Source: Candidatus Zixiibacteriota bacterium (GTDB lineage: Bacteria > Zixibacteria > MSB-5A5 > GN15 > FEB-12). From it: a DNA stretch of 45,442 nucleotides. The number at the start of each line of letters is the position of its first letter. Positions within the stretch are counted from its first letter, which is position 1. The notes beneath the pieces are model-generated. The model had not been told where the DNA came from. It saw only the letters and a program-made list of their open reading frames with translations, and did not search any database. The stretch is taken from NCBI GenBank assembly GCA_049324195.1, contig JBMOKZ010000379.1, positions 1-45,442 of the forward strand, written 5' to 3'. Of the stretch, positions 36,418 to 45,442 are shown piece after piece. Made by a program: the position numbers and the translations under genes.

Positions 36418-37470
36418 ATGAAAAAGATTAAACTTTTGACAGCTGTCATTTTGGTAATATTGAGCCTATTGATTATCGCTTCCTGTTCTAAAGAAGAACC
36501 GCAGGAAACATCGCCGGTGGAGGAGAGAAGTCTCGCGGTCCGGGCTTTCCTCGTGGAACGCTCCTCCGAAAACATGTTCAAAACTTTCACCGGCTCGCTG
36601 GAGGGCGAAAAACAGGCTTTCATTTACGCCAAACTGGCTGAATCGGTCGAGAAGGTGCACGTCACCGAGGGCGAGCAGGTCGAAGCGGAAAAAGTGCTCG
36701 TCTCACTGGACAAGTACGGTCCCAGTTCCAGTTATACCGAGACCCGGTCGCTATTCCTCAATTCGGAAAAGAATTTTAACAAGATGGAATACCTTTATAA
36801 GGAGGGAGCCATATCCGAATCGGAATTCGACGCCGCTAAAACTCAGTACGAGGTAAACCGGGCGAATTTCGAGGCGGTCAGCCGGATGATCGATGTTCGC
36901 ACACCTATTGCCGGCACGGTAACTTCGATAAATGTTTCCGAAGGTGATTTTGTCAATATCGGCACGGAACTGGCGACGGTCGCCACCACCGATAGACTGC
37001 GGGTCAAATTCGGTGTCAACTCCGAGGATGTCAAGTATTTCAAAACCGGTTCGTCGGTGATTATCTCTTCGGAGGTTTACGACTATCGTATTGAGGGCCG
37101 GGTGATTTCGGTGGCAGGTTCCGCCGACCCACAGACAAGAGCCTTTCAGATCGAGGTTCTTCTGGATAATACTGAGAAAAAATTCAAACCCGGCATGTTT
37201 GTCCGCATCAGTGTAGTTATCGAAAAACTGGAAGAAGTGATTCTTATCCCGCGTAAAGCGGTGATGATTCTCGATGACCAGCCGACAGTCTTCGTGGTCG
37301 TGGACAGCCGGGCGGTCGGCCGGGTGGTGAACCTGGGCGCCGAGGTTGATGGTTATATCGTCGTAAGCTCCGGTCTGAACCCGAGCGACACGTTAGTAAC
37401 GCTGGGACAGGATTATCTCGAGGATGGCGATTTGGTTAAAATTACAGCCTGGGATGAAAATAAGCGATGA
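36418..37470 (+). CDS. RND efflux periplasmic adaptor (membrane fusion protein) lipoprotein
   Basis: Lipobox LIIASC. The lipoyl/hairpin pattern is present (VHVTEGEQVEAEKVLVSLD ... RTPIAGTVTSINVSEGDFV). The beta-barrel region includes FKPGMFVRISV. Confidence 0.85.
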   Translation: MKKIKLLTAVILVILSLLIIASCSKEEPQETSPVEERSLAVRAFLVERSSENMFKTFTGSLEGEKQAFIYAKLAESVEKVHVTEGEQVEAEKVLVSLDKYGPSSSYTETRSLFLNSEKNFNKMEYLYKEGAISESEFDAAKTQYEVNRANFEAVSRMIDVRTPIAGTVTSINVSEGDFVNIGTELATVATTDRLRVKFGVNSEDVKYFKTGSSVIISSEVYDYRIEGRVISVAGSADPQTRAFQIEVLLDNTEKKFKPGMFVRISVVIEKLEEVILIPRKAVMILDDQPTVFVVVDSRAVGRVVNLGAEVDGYIVVSSGLNPSDTLVTLGQDYLEDGDLVKITAWDENKR

Positions 37471-40400
37471 AACTATCTGAAATATCGATTAAGAGGCCGG
37501 TTTTCGCGACCATGATGGTCGGCGCCCTGCTCGTACTGGGTTTGTTTTCCTATTACGAATTGCCGGTCGAGCTGATGCCCAACGTGGATTTCCCTTATAC
37601 CATGGTCCAGACCGTGTACCCCGGTGCCTCGGCGGAAACCGTCGAGACCGAGGTCACCAAGAATATCGAGGAAGCCATCAATCAGATTTCAGGGGTGCGC
37701 CATATCTCGTCCTGGTCGCGTGAGGGTTATTCGATTACCTTCGTGGAATTCGAGCTGAAAAAGGACGGCGCCGAGGCTACTCAGGATGTTCGGGAAAAAA
37801 TCGCCGGGATCCGCAACGACCTGCCGGATGATATTGAGGAACCGATAATCAGTCAGCTTGATCCCAACGCCGAGGCGATCATGTCGGTAGTTATTTCCGG
37901 CAAGCGCCCGCCGCGGGAACTGACCCAGTTGACCAAGGATAAAATCAAGCCCCGTTTGGAAACCGTGTCGGGAGTGGGCCAGGTCCAACTGGTGGGCGGA
38001 TCGGAACGCGAGATTCGCATCGCCGTTGACCCGGAAAAACTGGAATCCTACGGCGTGACGATTCACGATGTTACTGGAAGTGTCGCCGCCGCCAATCTCG
38101 AGGTTCCCGGCGGGCGGGTCGATGAAGCCTCCCGCGAATACCTTGTACGCATGCAGGGTCGCATCAACCGGGTGTCGGATTTCAACGACGTCATCGTCAA
38201 GAACAAGAACGGGACGCCCATTTACGTCAAGGATATCGGTCGGGTTATCGATACCATCGTCGAGCAGCGGTCGCTGTCCCGTTTCAACGGCGAGCCGGCT
38301 ATCGGGCTGGAGATTATCAAGCAGTCCGGCGCCAACGTCGTCGAACTGGCCCGGCAGGTGCGGGTCGCCCTGGCGCAGCTGGGCGAGGAGCTGCCTCCCG
38401 ATATGGATATCCGCATCGTCAGGGACAATGCCGTTTTTATCGAGGATTCGGTACACGAAATTTTATTCAATATTCGGCTCGGGACACTGCTGGCCGTATT
38501 GGTTATCTTTTTGTTCCTACTGGATTATCGACCGACGATTATAACCGGTGTGTCGATTCCCATCTCGCTGGTGGCGACGTTTACGGCGATGAAGATTCTG
38601 AACTTTACCATCAACACGATGACGCTTATGAGCCTTTCGCTGGCGGTGGGGATATTGATTGACGACGCTATTGTGGTCGTGGAAAATATCTACCGCCATC
38701 TGAGCGAGGGCAAGTCGCCGTTTAAAGCTGCTTTCGAGGGCACCAAGGAAATCGGGTTGGCGGTGATGGCCACCACCTTCTCGATTATGGTGGTGTTTTT
38801 GCCGGTGGCGTTCATGGAAGGAATTATCGGCCGGTTCTTCTATCAGTTCGGGATGACGGTGGCGTTCGCCATTTTCATTTCCCTGTTCGTGGCGTTTACG
38901 CTGACGCCGATGATGTCGTCGCGGATGTTGAAAACGGAAAAGGCCGGGGCCAAAGACGATTTCCTCCGAAACGGCAGTACCACGTTGCTCGGGCGTATCT
39001 GGCATCCGATTTATAAAATTCTCAATTACTGGAATGTCGTTTTCGACGCCGTCAAACCGGTATATCGCAAACTGCTCGCGTATTCGCTGGATCATCGCTG
39101 GCTGGTTATTGTGGTCGCGACGATTACTTTCGTCCTGGCGCTGTGGATGACGAATTTTCTCGGTTCCGAATTCATGAGCCAAACCGACCAGAACCGCCTG
39201 GCGGTCGATGTCGTGACGCCGCCCGGCTCGACTTTGGAAACGACCTCACGGGTGCTGAAACAGGTCGAGGATATCATGACCGGGTTGCCGGAAGTCGAGG
39301 ACAGTTACGTGACCATCGGGGTCGGCAACAATCCGGTAACCGAGGGCCGGGCGCTGTTCAACCTGGTCGCGGCTTCGGAGCGGTTGTTGACAGTAAAACA
39401 ACTGATTGACTCGGTGCGTACTCTGATCACCGACATTCCCGGAGCGGAATTCGCGATCGGGACCGGCGAAGAACAATTCGGCAGCAACAAAACCGTTATT
39501 ATTTCGGTGCGCGGGGAAGACGTCGACGAACTGACGAGTCTGGTACACAAAGTGGAAAGAATCTGCGAAGGAATTCCGGGAACGGTCGATATCGCCAATA
39601 CCCTGCAGGAGGGCAAGCCGGAAATACAGGTCGAGGTCGACCGCAAGCTGGCCGACGACCTGGGTGTGAACCTGGCGTTGATTCACCAGACAGTCCGCGA
39701 TTTTGTCGAGGGCGACGTGGTGACACTGTTCAAGGACGGCGAAGAGGATTACGACGTGCGGGTTCAGCTCGAGGAAAAATACCGGGCCTCGATGACCGAC
39801 CTGGGACGCCTTATGGTCGAGAGCGGCAAGGAAATTCCCGGGCAGGAGACGTTTTTGGTGCCGTTGAACCGTCTGGCCGTGTTTAAAAAAGAAACCTCCA
39901 TCGGTGAATACCTCCGCTATGACCGGCAACGACAGGCTCAAGTGGAAATGAATATCAAATCCGGGTTTTTCGCCGGAACCATTAACAACCAGATTATGGC
40001 AGCGGTCGTCGAACAAATTCAACTTCCGCCCGGGTATGTTATCGAGCCGGTCGGAATGCAGGAATTCATGGTCGAATCGTTCATAAATATATTTAAAGCT
40101 CTGTTGCTGGCGGTAATCTTCATTTATTTCCTGCTGGCTTCGCAGTATGAATCGTTCTTTGACCCCTTCTCGATTATGTTTTCGCTGCCGCTATCGCTTA
40201 TCGGGGCGATTCTGGGGCTGATGGTGTTCAACGATTCTTTGTCAATTATGTCCCTGATCGGGATTGTGTTGTTGATGGGACTGGTGACGAAAAACGCCAT
40301 TCTTTTGATCGATTTTGTGAAACAACAGCGGCAAAAAGGTGTTTTACGGAGAGAATCTATCCTGATTGCCGGCCCGATTCGGTTGCGGCCGATTCTGATG

Positions 40401-40679
40401 ACCTCGCTGGCTACGGTTTTCGGGATGCTTCCGCTCGCGCTGGGGCTCGGCCCGGGCGCGGAACTTCGGGCTTCCATGGCCAGAGCCGTCATCGGCGGGA
40501 TGATTTCATCGACCCTTTTGACTTTGGTTGTCGTTCCCGTTGTATATACCGTTATCGAAGATACGGTGGAGTTCATTCGGAGAGTCTTCAGGAAAATATT
40601 CCGGGGAAAGGAGACTCTCGAAACCGCCGTCAGGAAAGAGGATATCGTTGTTGACACGGAATTTGATACCCCCCAGTAA
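37467..40679 (+). CDS. RND-family (AcrB/AcrD/AcrF-type) inner-membrane efflux permease
   Basis: 1070 aa. The typical N-terminus is [37 protein letters not shown]. The sequence shows 12-TM/two-loop organisation, with [14 protein letters not shown] in TM4. The start overlaps the adaptor stop by 4 nt. Confidence 0.9.
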   Translation: MKLSEISIKRPVFATMMVGALLVLGLFSYYELPVELMPNVDFPYTMVQTVYPGASAETVETEVTKNIEEAINQISGVRHISSWSREGYSITFVEFELKKDGAEATQDVREKIAGIRNDLPDDIEEPIISQLDPNAEAIMSVVISGKRPPRELTQLTKDKIKPRLETVSGVGQVQLVGGSEREIRIAVDPEKLESYGVTIHDVTGSVAAANLEVPGGRVDEASREYLVRMQGRINRVSDFNDVIVKNKNGTPIYVKDIGRVIDTIVEQRSLSRFNGEPAIGLEIIKQSGANVVELARQVRVALAQLGEELPPDMDIRIVRDNAVFIEDSVHEILFNIRLGTLLAVLVIFLFLLDYRPTIITGVSIPISLVATFTAMKILNFTINTMTLMSLSLAVGILIDDAIVVVENIYRHLSEGKSPFKAAFEGTKEIGLAVMATTFSIMVVFLPVAFMEGIIGRFFYQFGMTVAFAIFISLFVAFTLTPMMSSRMLKTEKAGAKDDFLRNGSTTLLGRIWHPIYKILNYWNVVFDAVKPVYRKLLAYSLDHRWLVIVVATITFVLALWMTNFLGSEFMSQTDQNRLAVDVVTPPGSTLETTSRVLKQVEDIMTGLPEVEDSYVTIGVGNNPVTEGRALFNLVAASERLLTVKQLIDSVRTLITDIPGAEFAIGTGEEQFGSNKTVIISVRGEDVDELTSLVHKVERICEGIPGTVDIANTLQEGKPEIQVEVDRKLADDLGVNLALIHQTVRDFVEGDVVTLFKDGEEDYDVRVQLEEKYRASMTDLGRLMVESGKEIPGQETFLVPLNRLAVFKKETSIGEYLRYDRQRQAQVEMNIKSGFFAGTINNQIMAAVVEQIQLPPGYVIEPVGMQEFMVESFINIFKALLLAVIFIYFLLASQYESFFDPFSIMFSLPLSLIGAILGLMVFNDSLSIMSLIGIVLLMGLVTKNAILLIDFVKQQRQKGVLRRESILIAGPIRLRPILMTSLATVFGMLPLALGLGPGAELRASMARAVIGGMISSTLLTLVVVPVVYTVIEDTVEFIRRVFRKIFRGKETLETAVRKEDIVVDTEFDTPQ

Positions 40680-42276
40680 GGGACTTGGATACAAGGAGTT
40701 TTTTCTTGATTTTTTGGCGGGCAAAAACCCGCCAAAAGATTTTTATTTCTCGGACAGTCTCGAAAAGGTCGCCGCTCAGCTCGACAGGATAAATTATGAC
40801 CGCGAGAAAATGACCGCCATCCTGACCCGTCAGAACCGGTCGTTCGGGGCGTCGGAAAAGACCCTGGCGAATATCGAGCGGCTCCGGGACCCCCGGGCGG
40901 TCTGTGTCCTGACCGGCCAGCAAGCCGGTTTTCTGGGCGGACCGCTTTTTTCCGTGGTCAAGATGCTGGGAATTATCAAGTCCGCCCGTCTTTACGAGGA
41001 AAAACTTAACCGGCCGGTTATTCCTATTTTCTGGATTGCCGGCGACGACCATGATTTCGAGGAAGTTAACCACCTGTTTATCCTCAACCGCAAATCAGAG
41101 CCGTGCGAGATATCATACACCACCCTGCCTGAACAGGCGCTGCCCACGGCGGAGATATTTTTTTCCGACAAAGTTGAGTTGGACAAGGCGCTTAATTTGG
41201 CGCGTGAGTGTCTCGGCGAAAGCGATTTCACTCCGGACCTGTTCGCGCTTATCGAGCGCAGTTATACGACCGGAGATACCTTCGTGACCGCGTTCGGCAA
41301 ATTCATGACGGGTTTGATGCGGGATTTCGGACTGGTGTTGTTCAGTCCCGGCGACCCGGAAGTCAAAAGGCACGCCCTCGGTTTTTTCAAGCAGGTGCTT
41401 GAGAAGCAGGACCGTCTGCACGAGGCGATCCAGGCCGCCAATAACCGAATTATAAACGCCGGGTATCAAGTCCAGGTGGAAAAAAAAGAAAACGCCGCAC
41501 ATTTATTTTACAATCTTAACGGCCGTAAGCCGGTCATGCGGGACGGGGATAAATTCACCTGCGGCGAACAGCTCGTCACTCGAGAAAAAATGCTCGCTTG
41601 TATTACTGCATCGCCGGAAAAGTTTTCGCCCGATGTCATGACCCGGCCGGTATTTCAGTCGTACCTGTTCCCGACTCTGGTCCAGAAAGGGGGACCCTCG
41701 GAAATCGCTTACCTGGCGCAGATAAATCCGCTGTTTGCGCTGTTTGACCTGGCGCCGCCGGTTCACCACGCCCGCCCAACTTTTACCATACTGGAAAAAA
41801 GGTTCGAAAAACAGATGAAGGAATATGACATTCAATTTGAGGACCTGACCGGCGACATCGAACAGGTCATCAACCGGGTGATGACGATCTCGTTCCCGGA
41901 CGAATTGGAACAGGACTTCAAGCGGTTGAAAGATGACGTCGCGAAGCGGTTTAACGATTTCTCGCGGAAGTCTCTGGAATTCGATCCCTCGCTGAAAAAT
42001 TTCGCCGGGCAGATTTACGGAAAGATCGATTTTAATCTGAAGGCGTTCGAAAGCAAGGTGTTCGCCTCGCATAAGAGGAAATCGCAGGAAACGCGCGACC
42101 GCATCTATCGTCTCTGGCAGGCTGTTTATCCCAACCGCGGCCTGCAGGAACGAACAATGAATATCACCTATTTTATCGCCCGGTACGGACGCGGGATTAT
42201 TCCATTCCTGTACGAGAAAATGGCCAGCGAGGAAAAATCACACCAGCTTATTAAACTCTCGGAGTTTGGGAGATAG
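40648..42276 (+). CDS. bshC: Bacillithiol biosynthesis cysteine-adding enzyme BshC
   Basis: VLTGQQAGFLGGPLFSVVKMLG and FWIAGDDHDFEEVNH are signature BshC (UPF0747) blocks. The track start at 40528 is implausibly deep inside the RND gene. TTG 40648 follows AAAGAGGA by 5 nt and keeps the conserved N-terminus ([19 protein letters not shown]). The start is uncertain. Confidence 0.75.
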   Translation: MLTRNLIPPSKGLGYKEFFLDFLAGKNPPKDFYFSDSLEKVAAQLDRINYDREKMTAILTRQNRSFGASEKTLANIERLRDPRAVCVLTGQQAGFLGGPLFSVVKMLGIIKSARLYEEKLNRPVIPIFWIAGDDHDFEEVNHLFILNRKSEPCEISYTTLPEQALPTAEIFFSDKVELDKALNLARECLGESDFTPDLFALIERSYTTGDTFVTAFGKFMTGLMRDFGLVLFSPGDPEVKRHALGFFKQVLEKQDRLHEAIQAANNRIINAGYQVQVEKKENAAHLFYNLNGRKPVMRDGDKFTCGEQLVTREKMLACITASPEKFSPDVMTRPVFQSYLFPTLVQKGGPSEIAYLAQINPLFALFDLAPPVHHARPTFTILEKRFEKQMKEYDIQFEDLTGDIEQVINRVMTISFPDELEQDFKRLKDDVAKRFNDFSRKSLEFDPSLKNFAGQIYGKIDFNLKAFESKVFASHKRKSQETRDRIYRLWQAVYPNRGLQERTMNITYFIARYGRGIIPFLYEKMASEEKSHQLIKLSEFGR

Positions 42277-42279
42277 TTT

Positions 42280-43410
42280 ATGAATATCGGCATTACCTGT
42301 TATCCGATTGCCGGCGGGTCCGGTATCGTGGCCACCGAACTGGGCCAGGAACTCGCGGGGCGCGGACACAAAGTGCATTTTATTTCGTACGCCATGCCTT
42401 TCCGGCTGGACCGGTTTCAGACCAATCTTATGTATCACGAGGTCGATACTACTTCGTACCCGCTTTTCAAATTTCCGCCCTATACCTTGACGCTGGCTTC
42501 GAAAATGGCTGAAATCACACGCAATTTCGATTTGGATATTCTTCACATGCACTACGCCATCCCGCACGCCGCCTGCGCTTACCTAGCCAAACAGCTGCTG
42601 GCGTCGCAGAAGGAGAAATTGCCCAAAATTATCACCACTCTGCACGGCACCGATATTACACTTGTTGGCGCCGACCCGTCGTATTACGATATTACCCGGT
42701 TTTCGATCAATACCTCCGATGGCTTGACGGCGGTGTCGAAATACCTGGCCGATGAAACCCGCGAGGTTTTCAAAGTCGAGCAGGATATTCGGGTGATTTA
42801 CAATTTTTTTAACAGTCAGCGTTTCAAACCGGGAGGAAACCAGTGCACCAAAACGGAGTTTGTGGCCGATAACGAGTTTTTAATTTGCCATGTTTCCAAT
42901 TTCCGGCCGGTGAAAAGAATTTCTGATGTCGTGGATGTGTTCGAGAAAATTTCCCAGGAAATACCCTCGAAACTTTTGCTGATCGGCGAGGGTCCGGAAA
43001 CCATCATGGCCCGCCGCCAGATTAACAAAAAGAATCTCAACGATAAAGTGATATTTCTCGGGTCCCAGAGCCGAGTCGAGGCGGTTTTGCCCTGCGCGGA
43101 TTTATGCCTGATGCCGAGTGCCGAGGAATCGTTCGGGCTGGCCGCGCTCGAAGCGTTGGCCTGCGGTGTGCCGGTAATCGGAACTTCAGGGACTGGTTTG
43201 ACGGAGGTGATCGAGGATTACCAGGACGGCTATTTGTTCCCGGTGGGGGACACGACCTCGATGGCGCATGCTGCCGTCTCCCTGCTGAAAAATCCCCAGC
43301 GGCTTTTGGAATTCAAGACGAAAGCGGCGGCCAATGCCCTCAGGAAATTCAACGCCGACAAAATCGTCAGCGAGTACGAGAATTTTTACGAGGAAATAAT
43401 CAATGGCTGA
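42280..43410 (+). CDS. bshA: N-acetyl-alpha-D-glucosaminyl L-malate synthase BshA (GT4 glycosyltransferase)
   Basis: The N-terminus MNIGITCYPIAGGSGIVATELGQELAGRGHKVHFISY is near-identical in pattern to known BshA. The GT4 EX7E region is PSAEESFGLAALEALACGVPVIG. Confidence 0.8.
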   Translation: MNIGITCYPIAGGSGIVATELGQELAGRGHKVHFISYAMPFRLDRFQTNLMYHEVDTTSYPLFKFPPYTLTLASKMAEITRNFDLDILHMHYAIPHAACAYLAKQLLASQKEKLPKIITTLHGTDITLVGADPSYYDITRFSINTSDGLTAVSKYLADETREVFKVEQDIRVIYNFFNSQRFKPGGNQCTKTEFVADNEFLICHVSNFRPVKRISDVVDVFEKISQEIPSKLLLIGEGPETIMARRQINKKNLNDKVIFLGSQSRVEAVLPCADLCLMPSAEESFGLAALEALACGVPVIGTSGTGLTEVIEDYQDGYLFPVGDTTSMAHAAVSLLKNPQRLLEFKTKAAANALRKFNADKIVSEYENFYEEIING

Positions 43411-44155
43411 CACCAGGCTGGATATTCTGGCGATTGCTGCGCATCCCGACGATATCGAAATCACCTGCGGCGGACTGCTTATCAAAGCCGCGAAAAGGGG
43501 ACATAAAACCGGGGCGCTGGATTTGACCGCCGGGGAGATGGGGACGTTCGGTGACGAAACCGACCGGGCCGCCGAAGCCGCCGCGGCCGCTCGTGCGCTG
43601 GGGTTGAGTTTCCGGCGCAACCTGGGGTTCAAAGACGCCGCCGTCGAATACAACCAGCAGAACAAACTCAAAATAGCCCAGGTCATCCGTGACACCCAGC
43701 CGGAAATGGTCATCCTGCCGCACTGGAACCAGCGCCACCCGGACCACCTGGCCTGCCACCGCCTCGGTTACGACGCCTGTTTTTTGAGCGGCTTGAAAAA
43801 AATCGAGCTTGACGGCGAACCGTACCGCCCGCGCAAAATCATTTATGCTTCGTATTACCGTAACGAGGATTATTCGTTTCTGGTCGATATCTCCGACGAG
43901 TTCGAGCAGAAGGTTGAGGCCGTCAAGGCTTATATCTCCCAGTTCGGAGAGGAAACCCAGAACAAAAAGACCGCGGAACTTCTGGAAAACGGCCAGAAAA
44001 ACATCTTCCATCCCGGTATCACCGTGTTCGACCTGATGCACACCCGGGGCCGGTATCTCGGCCAGTTGGTCGGAGTGCGGTATGCCGAGGCCTATTCGGT
44101 CAAGGAGAAGATGCTTATCGACGACCCGCTGGCAATGCCGGTGCGTTCGATTTAG
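43403..44155 (+). CDS. bshB: N-acetylglucosaminyl-malate deacetylase BshB1 (LmbE/PIG-L family)
   Basis: LDILAIAAHPDDIEITCGGLLIKAAKRGHKTGALDLTAGEMGT carries the AHPDD zinc motif. HPDH is also present. The start overlaps the bshA stop by 8 nt. Confidence 0.8.
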   Translation: MADTRLDILAIAAHPDDIEITCGGLLIKAAKRGHKTGALDLTAGEMGTFGDETDRAAEAAAAARALGLSFRRNLGFKDAAVEYNQQNKLKIAQVIRDTQPEMVILPHWNQRHPDHLACHRLGYDACFLSGLKKIELDGEPYRPRKIIYASYYRNEDYSFLVDISDEFEQKVEAVKAYISQFGEETQNKKTAELLENGQKNIFHPGITVFDLMHTRGRYLGQLVGVRYAEAYSVKEKMLIDDPLAMPVRSI

Positions 44156-44232
44156 TTCACCCGCTTTTCTTTTTGTTGCTTCGATATTTCCTTAAACCGT
44201 TATTATGGTTGCATTCTATCTGACGGTAAGTT

Positions 44233-45027
44233 ATGGGACAAGAAATTAAATCACTTGATGACCTGTTGAATATTTCTCCGTATGAAATCGGGTTTTACGT
44301 ACTCGGTTTTATCGGGGTTTATTATCTCGGGAAACTTCTGAAAATCAAAACCAAACCTTACAAATTCAAGAATCCGAAACGAACCGGCCTGGTCGGTTTG
44401 TTGGCGTTCGCGGCCAGTCTGATGCTGTTATATCTGATTTTAATCGGGCTCCGGCCCGACGTAATCTCGGACAATACCCGGATGATGTTCGAGCTGGCGA
44501 ATATTTTCTCGCAAATTATTCTTTTTATCATCGTCGCGTTGCCGATAGTAATTGCGCTCAACCTGACGAGTGAACCACTCAGTTCCACCGGGTTGACCAC
44601 GGTCAATTTGACGGCCTCGCTGGTTATCGGTCTGTTCCTGTCGGCGTTGGTCGTGTTTGCGACGCTGGAGTTACGGCCGCCAGGTCCGGGCATCAAGGAG
44701 GTAATCGTATCGGCAGTGATTTACTGGGGCATTGTCGGGTTCACCGAGGAATTCATTTACAGGGGTTATTTACAGACGCGGTTGATTCTATTGACTGGAA
44801 AAGGATTGGGCTGGGTGCTGACTTCGTTGATTTTCGCGTTTATGCATCTCGGAGTACGCTGTTTCTGGCAGGGTTATACTTTGGAGCAGGCGTTTTACAG
44901 TTGCATAGCGCTGATACCGCTGAGCCTGCTGTTGGGATACGCGATGCTTTGCACGGGTAACCTCATCGCCCCGACGTTGCTTCACCTTTTCGCCAATTTA
45001 GCGGAGACGATGCGGGAGATGGGGTAG
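44233..45027 (+). CDS. CPBP-family (CAAX/Abi) intramembrane glutamic protease
   Basis: Motif 1 is GFTEEFIYRGYL (EExxxR), motif 2 is FAFMH (FxxxH), and motif 3 is LLHLFAN (HxxxN). The protein is polytopic. Confidence 0.8.
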   Translation: MGQEIKSLDDLLNISPYEIGFYVLGFIGVYYLGKLLKIKTKPYKFKNPKRTGLVGLLAFAASLMLLYLILIGLRPDVISDNTRMMFELANIFSQIILFIIVALPIVIALNLTSEPLSSTGLTTVNLTASLVIGLFLSALVVFATLELRPPGPGIKEVIVSAVIYWGIVGFTEEFIYRGYLQTRLILLTGKGLGWVLTSLIFAFMHLGVRCFWQGYTLEQAFYSCIALIPLSLLLGYAMLCTGNLIAPTLLHLFANLAETMREMG

Positions 45028-45136
45028 ATGTTAGGAATTAATAATAGGGTGATTGGGAATTGATATCGAACGTTGATTCTTTTCTGAAAACTTACATCGA
45101 AGAATCGCGAAGCGGACGGTTCCAAATTTAATTAAG

Positions 45137-45230
45137 CGGAAGGGGTGGGAATCGAACCCACCGGGGACAGGACTACTGCCCCCCACACGGCTTTGAAGGC
45201 CGGGACCGCCACCAGACGACATCCGCTTCC
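45137..45230 (-). tRNA. selC: tRNA-Sec (anticodon UCA)
   Basis: The minus-strand 94-nt sequence is GGAAGCGGATGTCGTCTGGTGGCGGTCCCGGCCTTCAAAGCCGTGTGGGGGGCAGTAGTCCTGTCCCCGGTGGGTTCGATTCCCACCCCTTCCG. The anticodon loop is CTTCAAA (the TCA anticodon is + strand 45194-45196). The variable arm is long, about 8 bp (GGGGGCAG/CTGTCCCC). The T-loop is GGTTCGATTCC. The 5' GGAAG and D-arm GTCGTCT resemble E. coli selC as I recall it. CCA is not encoded. Confidence 0.75.
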
Positions 45231-45236
45231 GGTATG

Positions 45237-45265
45237 AGTATATAAAATTCATTTTGGTTTGTAAA
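45237..45265 (-). promoter_or_regulatory. Sigma70-like promoter of selC
   Basis: On the minus strand: TTTACA (45265-45260), a 17-nt spacer, then TATACT (45242-45237). Six further nt lead to the tRNA 5' G at 45230, so the predicted TSS is roughly the mature 5' end. Confidence 0.55.
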
Positions 45266-45421
45266 CCCCAAAGTTGAATGCCGTCGGAAAGGGATTCCCG
45301 ACGGCGCAAAAATATCCCTGCGTCTAAAGTAACTATGTTACAAGTAATTTGAGCCTCACTGTCAGAGGTTGTATGTTGTTGGAACCAAACCTAACAACCA
45401 CCCTTTTAACAGGAGGCTCAG

Positions 45422-45442
45422 ATGGCAACATATACAAGCATG
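45422..45442 (+). CDS. 5' end of an unidentified CDS running off the window
   Basis: ATGGCAACATATACAAGCATG is preceded by AGGAGG, 6 nt upstream. Only 7 codons are visible, so no function can be assigned. Confidence 0.3.

Noticed and set aside
37689-40022. Several long minus-strand and alternative-frame ORFs within the RND permease gene (37689-38456, 38517-39182, 39246-40022, 38068-38544)
   Set aside because: All lie inside a 1070-aa ORF with canonical AcrB-family features. They are shadow ORFs.
40528-40647. The N-terminal 40-codon extension of the bshC ORF as given in the track
   Set aside because: It would overlap the RND gene by 152 nt. The extension ([24 protein letters not shown]...) has no BshC similarity, whereas an RBS-preceded TTG at 40648 preserves the conserved N-terminus.
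43186-44041. Minus-strand ORFs (175 and 213 aa) opposite bshA/bshB
   Set aside because: The + strand frames carry unmistakable BshA/BshB signatures. The antisense ORFs have no motifs.
45078-45113. A 7-bp inverted repeat GATTCTT...AAGAATC between the CPBP gene and selC, considered as a possible bidirectional terminator
   Set aside because: The loop is long (18 nt), the stem is AT-rich, and there is no flanking T-run.
45280-45305. A hairpin GCCGTCGG-N10-CCGACGGC between selC and the downstream + strand gene
   Set aside because: There is no T-run on either strand, so it is not a classical terminator. It sits in a divergent intergenic region, and its role cannot be assigned.
45031-45309. 92-aa minus-strand ORF
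   Set aside because: It overlaps the tRNA-Sec gene and its promoter completely, so the tRNA explains the sequence.

Overview
This 45.4-kb window appears to come from an uncultivated FCB-superphylum (Bacteroidota/Chlorobi/Fibrobacteres-related) bacterium. That placement is inferred from gene content: T9SS C-terminal sorting domains, a porU-porV pair, a Bat aerotolerance operon and bacillithiol genes. Every protein-coding gene I accept is on the + strand; the only minus-strand feature is a tRNA-Sec. Block 1 (166-18698) is a tightly packed nine-gene outer-membrane cluster. It encodes a PorU-like C25 peptidase, a PorV-like barrel split by a ~550-aa propeller insertion, an M6 metalloprotease cargo with a T9SS CTD, and two paralogous small proteins. 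It continues with an NHL lipoprotein, an orphan 1081-aa putative barrel, an Omp85/BamA-family protein and a UbiA prenyltransferase. Block 2 (about 18.7-22.07 kb) is a compositionally foreign segment. It holds a small self-contained transcription unit, a GC-rich repeat patch, and a visibly AT-rich two-gene cassette (polytopic membrane protein plus DUF3800-like protein). Block 3 (22072-32188) is a ten-gene MoxR/DUF58/VWA Bat-type operon with extra BatD-like paralogues. Block 4 is a flippase-like membrane protein plus CorA. Block 5 is a TetR-TolC-MFP-RND efflux operon with a near-consensus promoter. Block 6 is a contiguous bshC-bshA-bshB bacillithiol cluster, followed by a CPBP protease and selC with its own promoter. 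The best candidate for an undescribed system is block 1: a porU/porV-anchored outer-membrane module with uncharacterised partners and no porKLMN in view. The AT-rich membrane/DUF3800 cassette is a secondary candidate (possible defence or mobile cargo). All functional calls rest on motifs read by eye; no searches were run.
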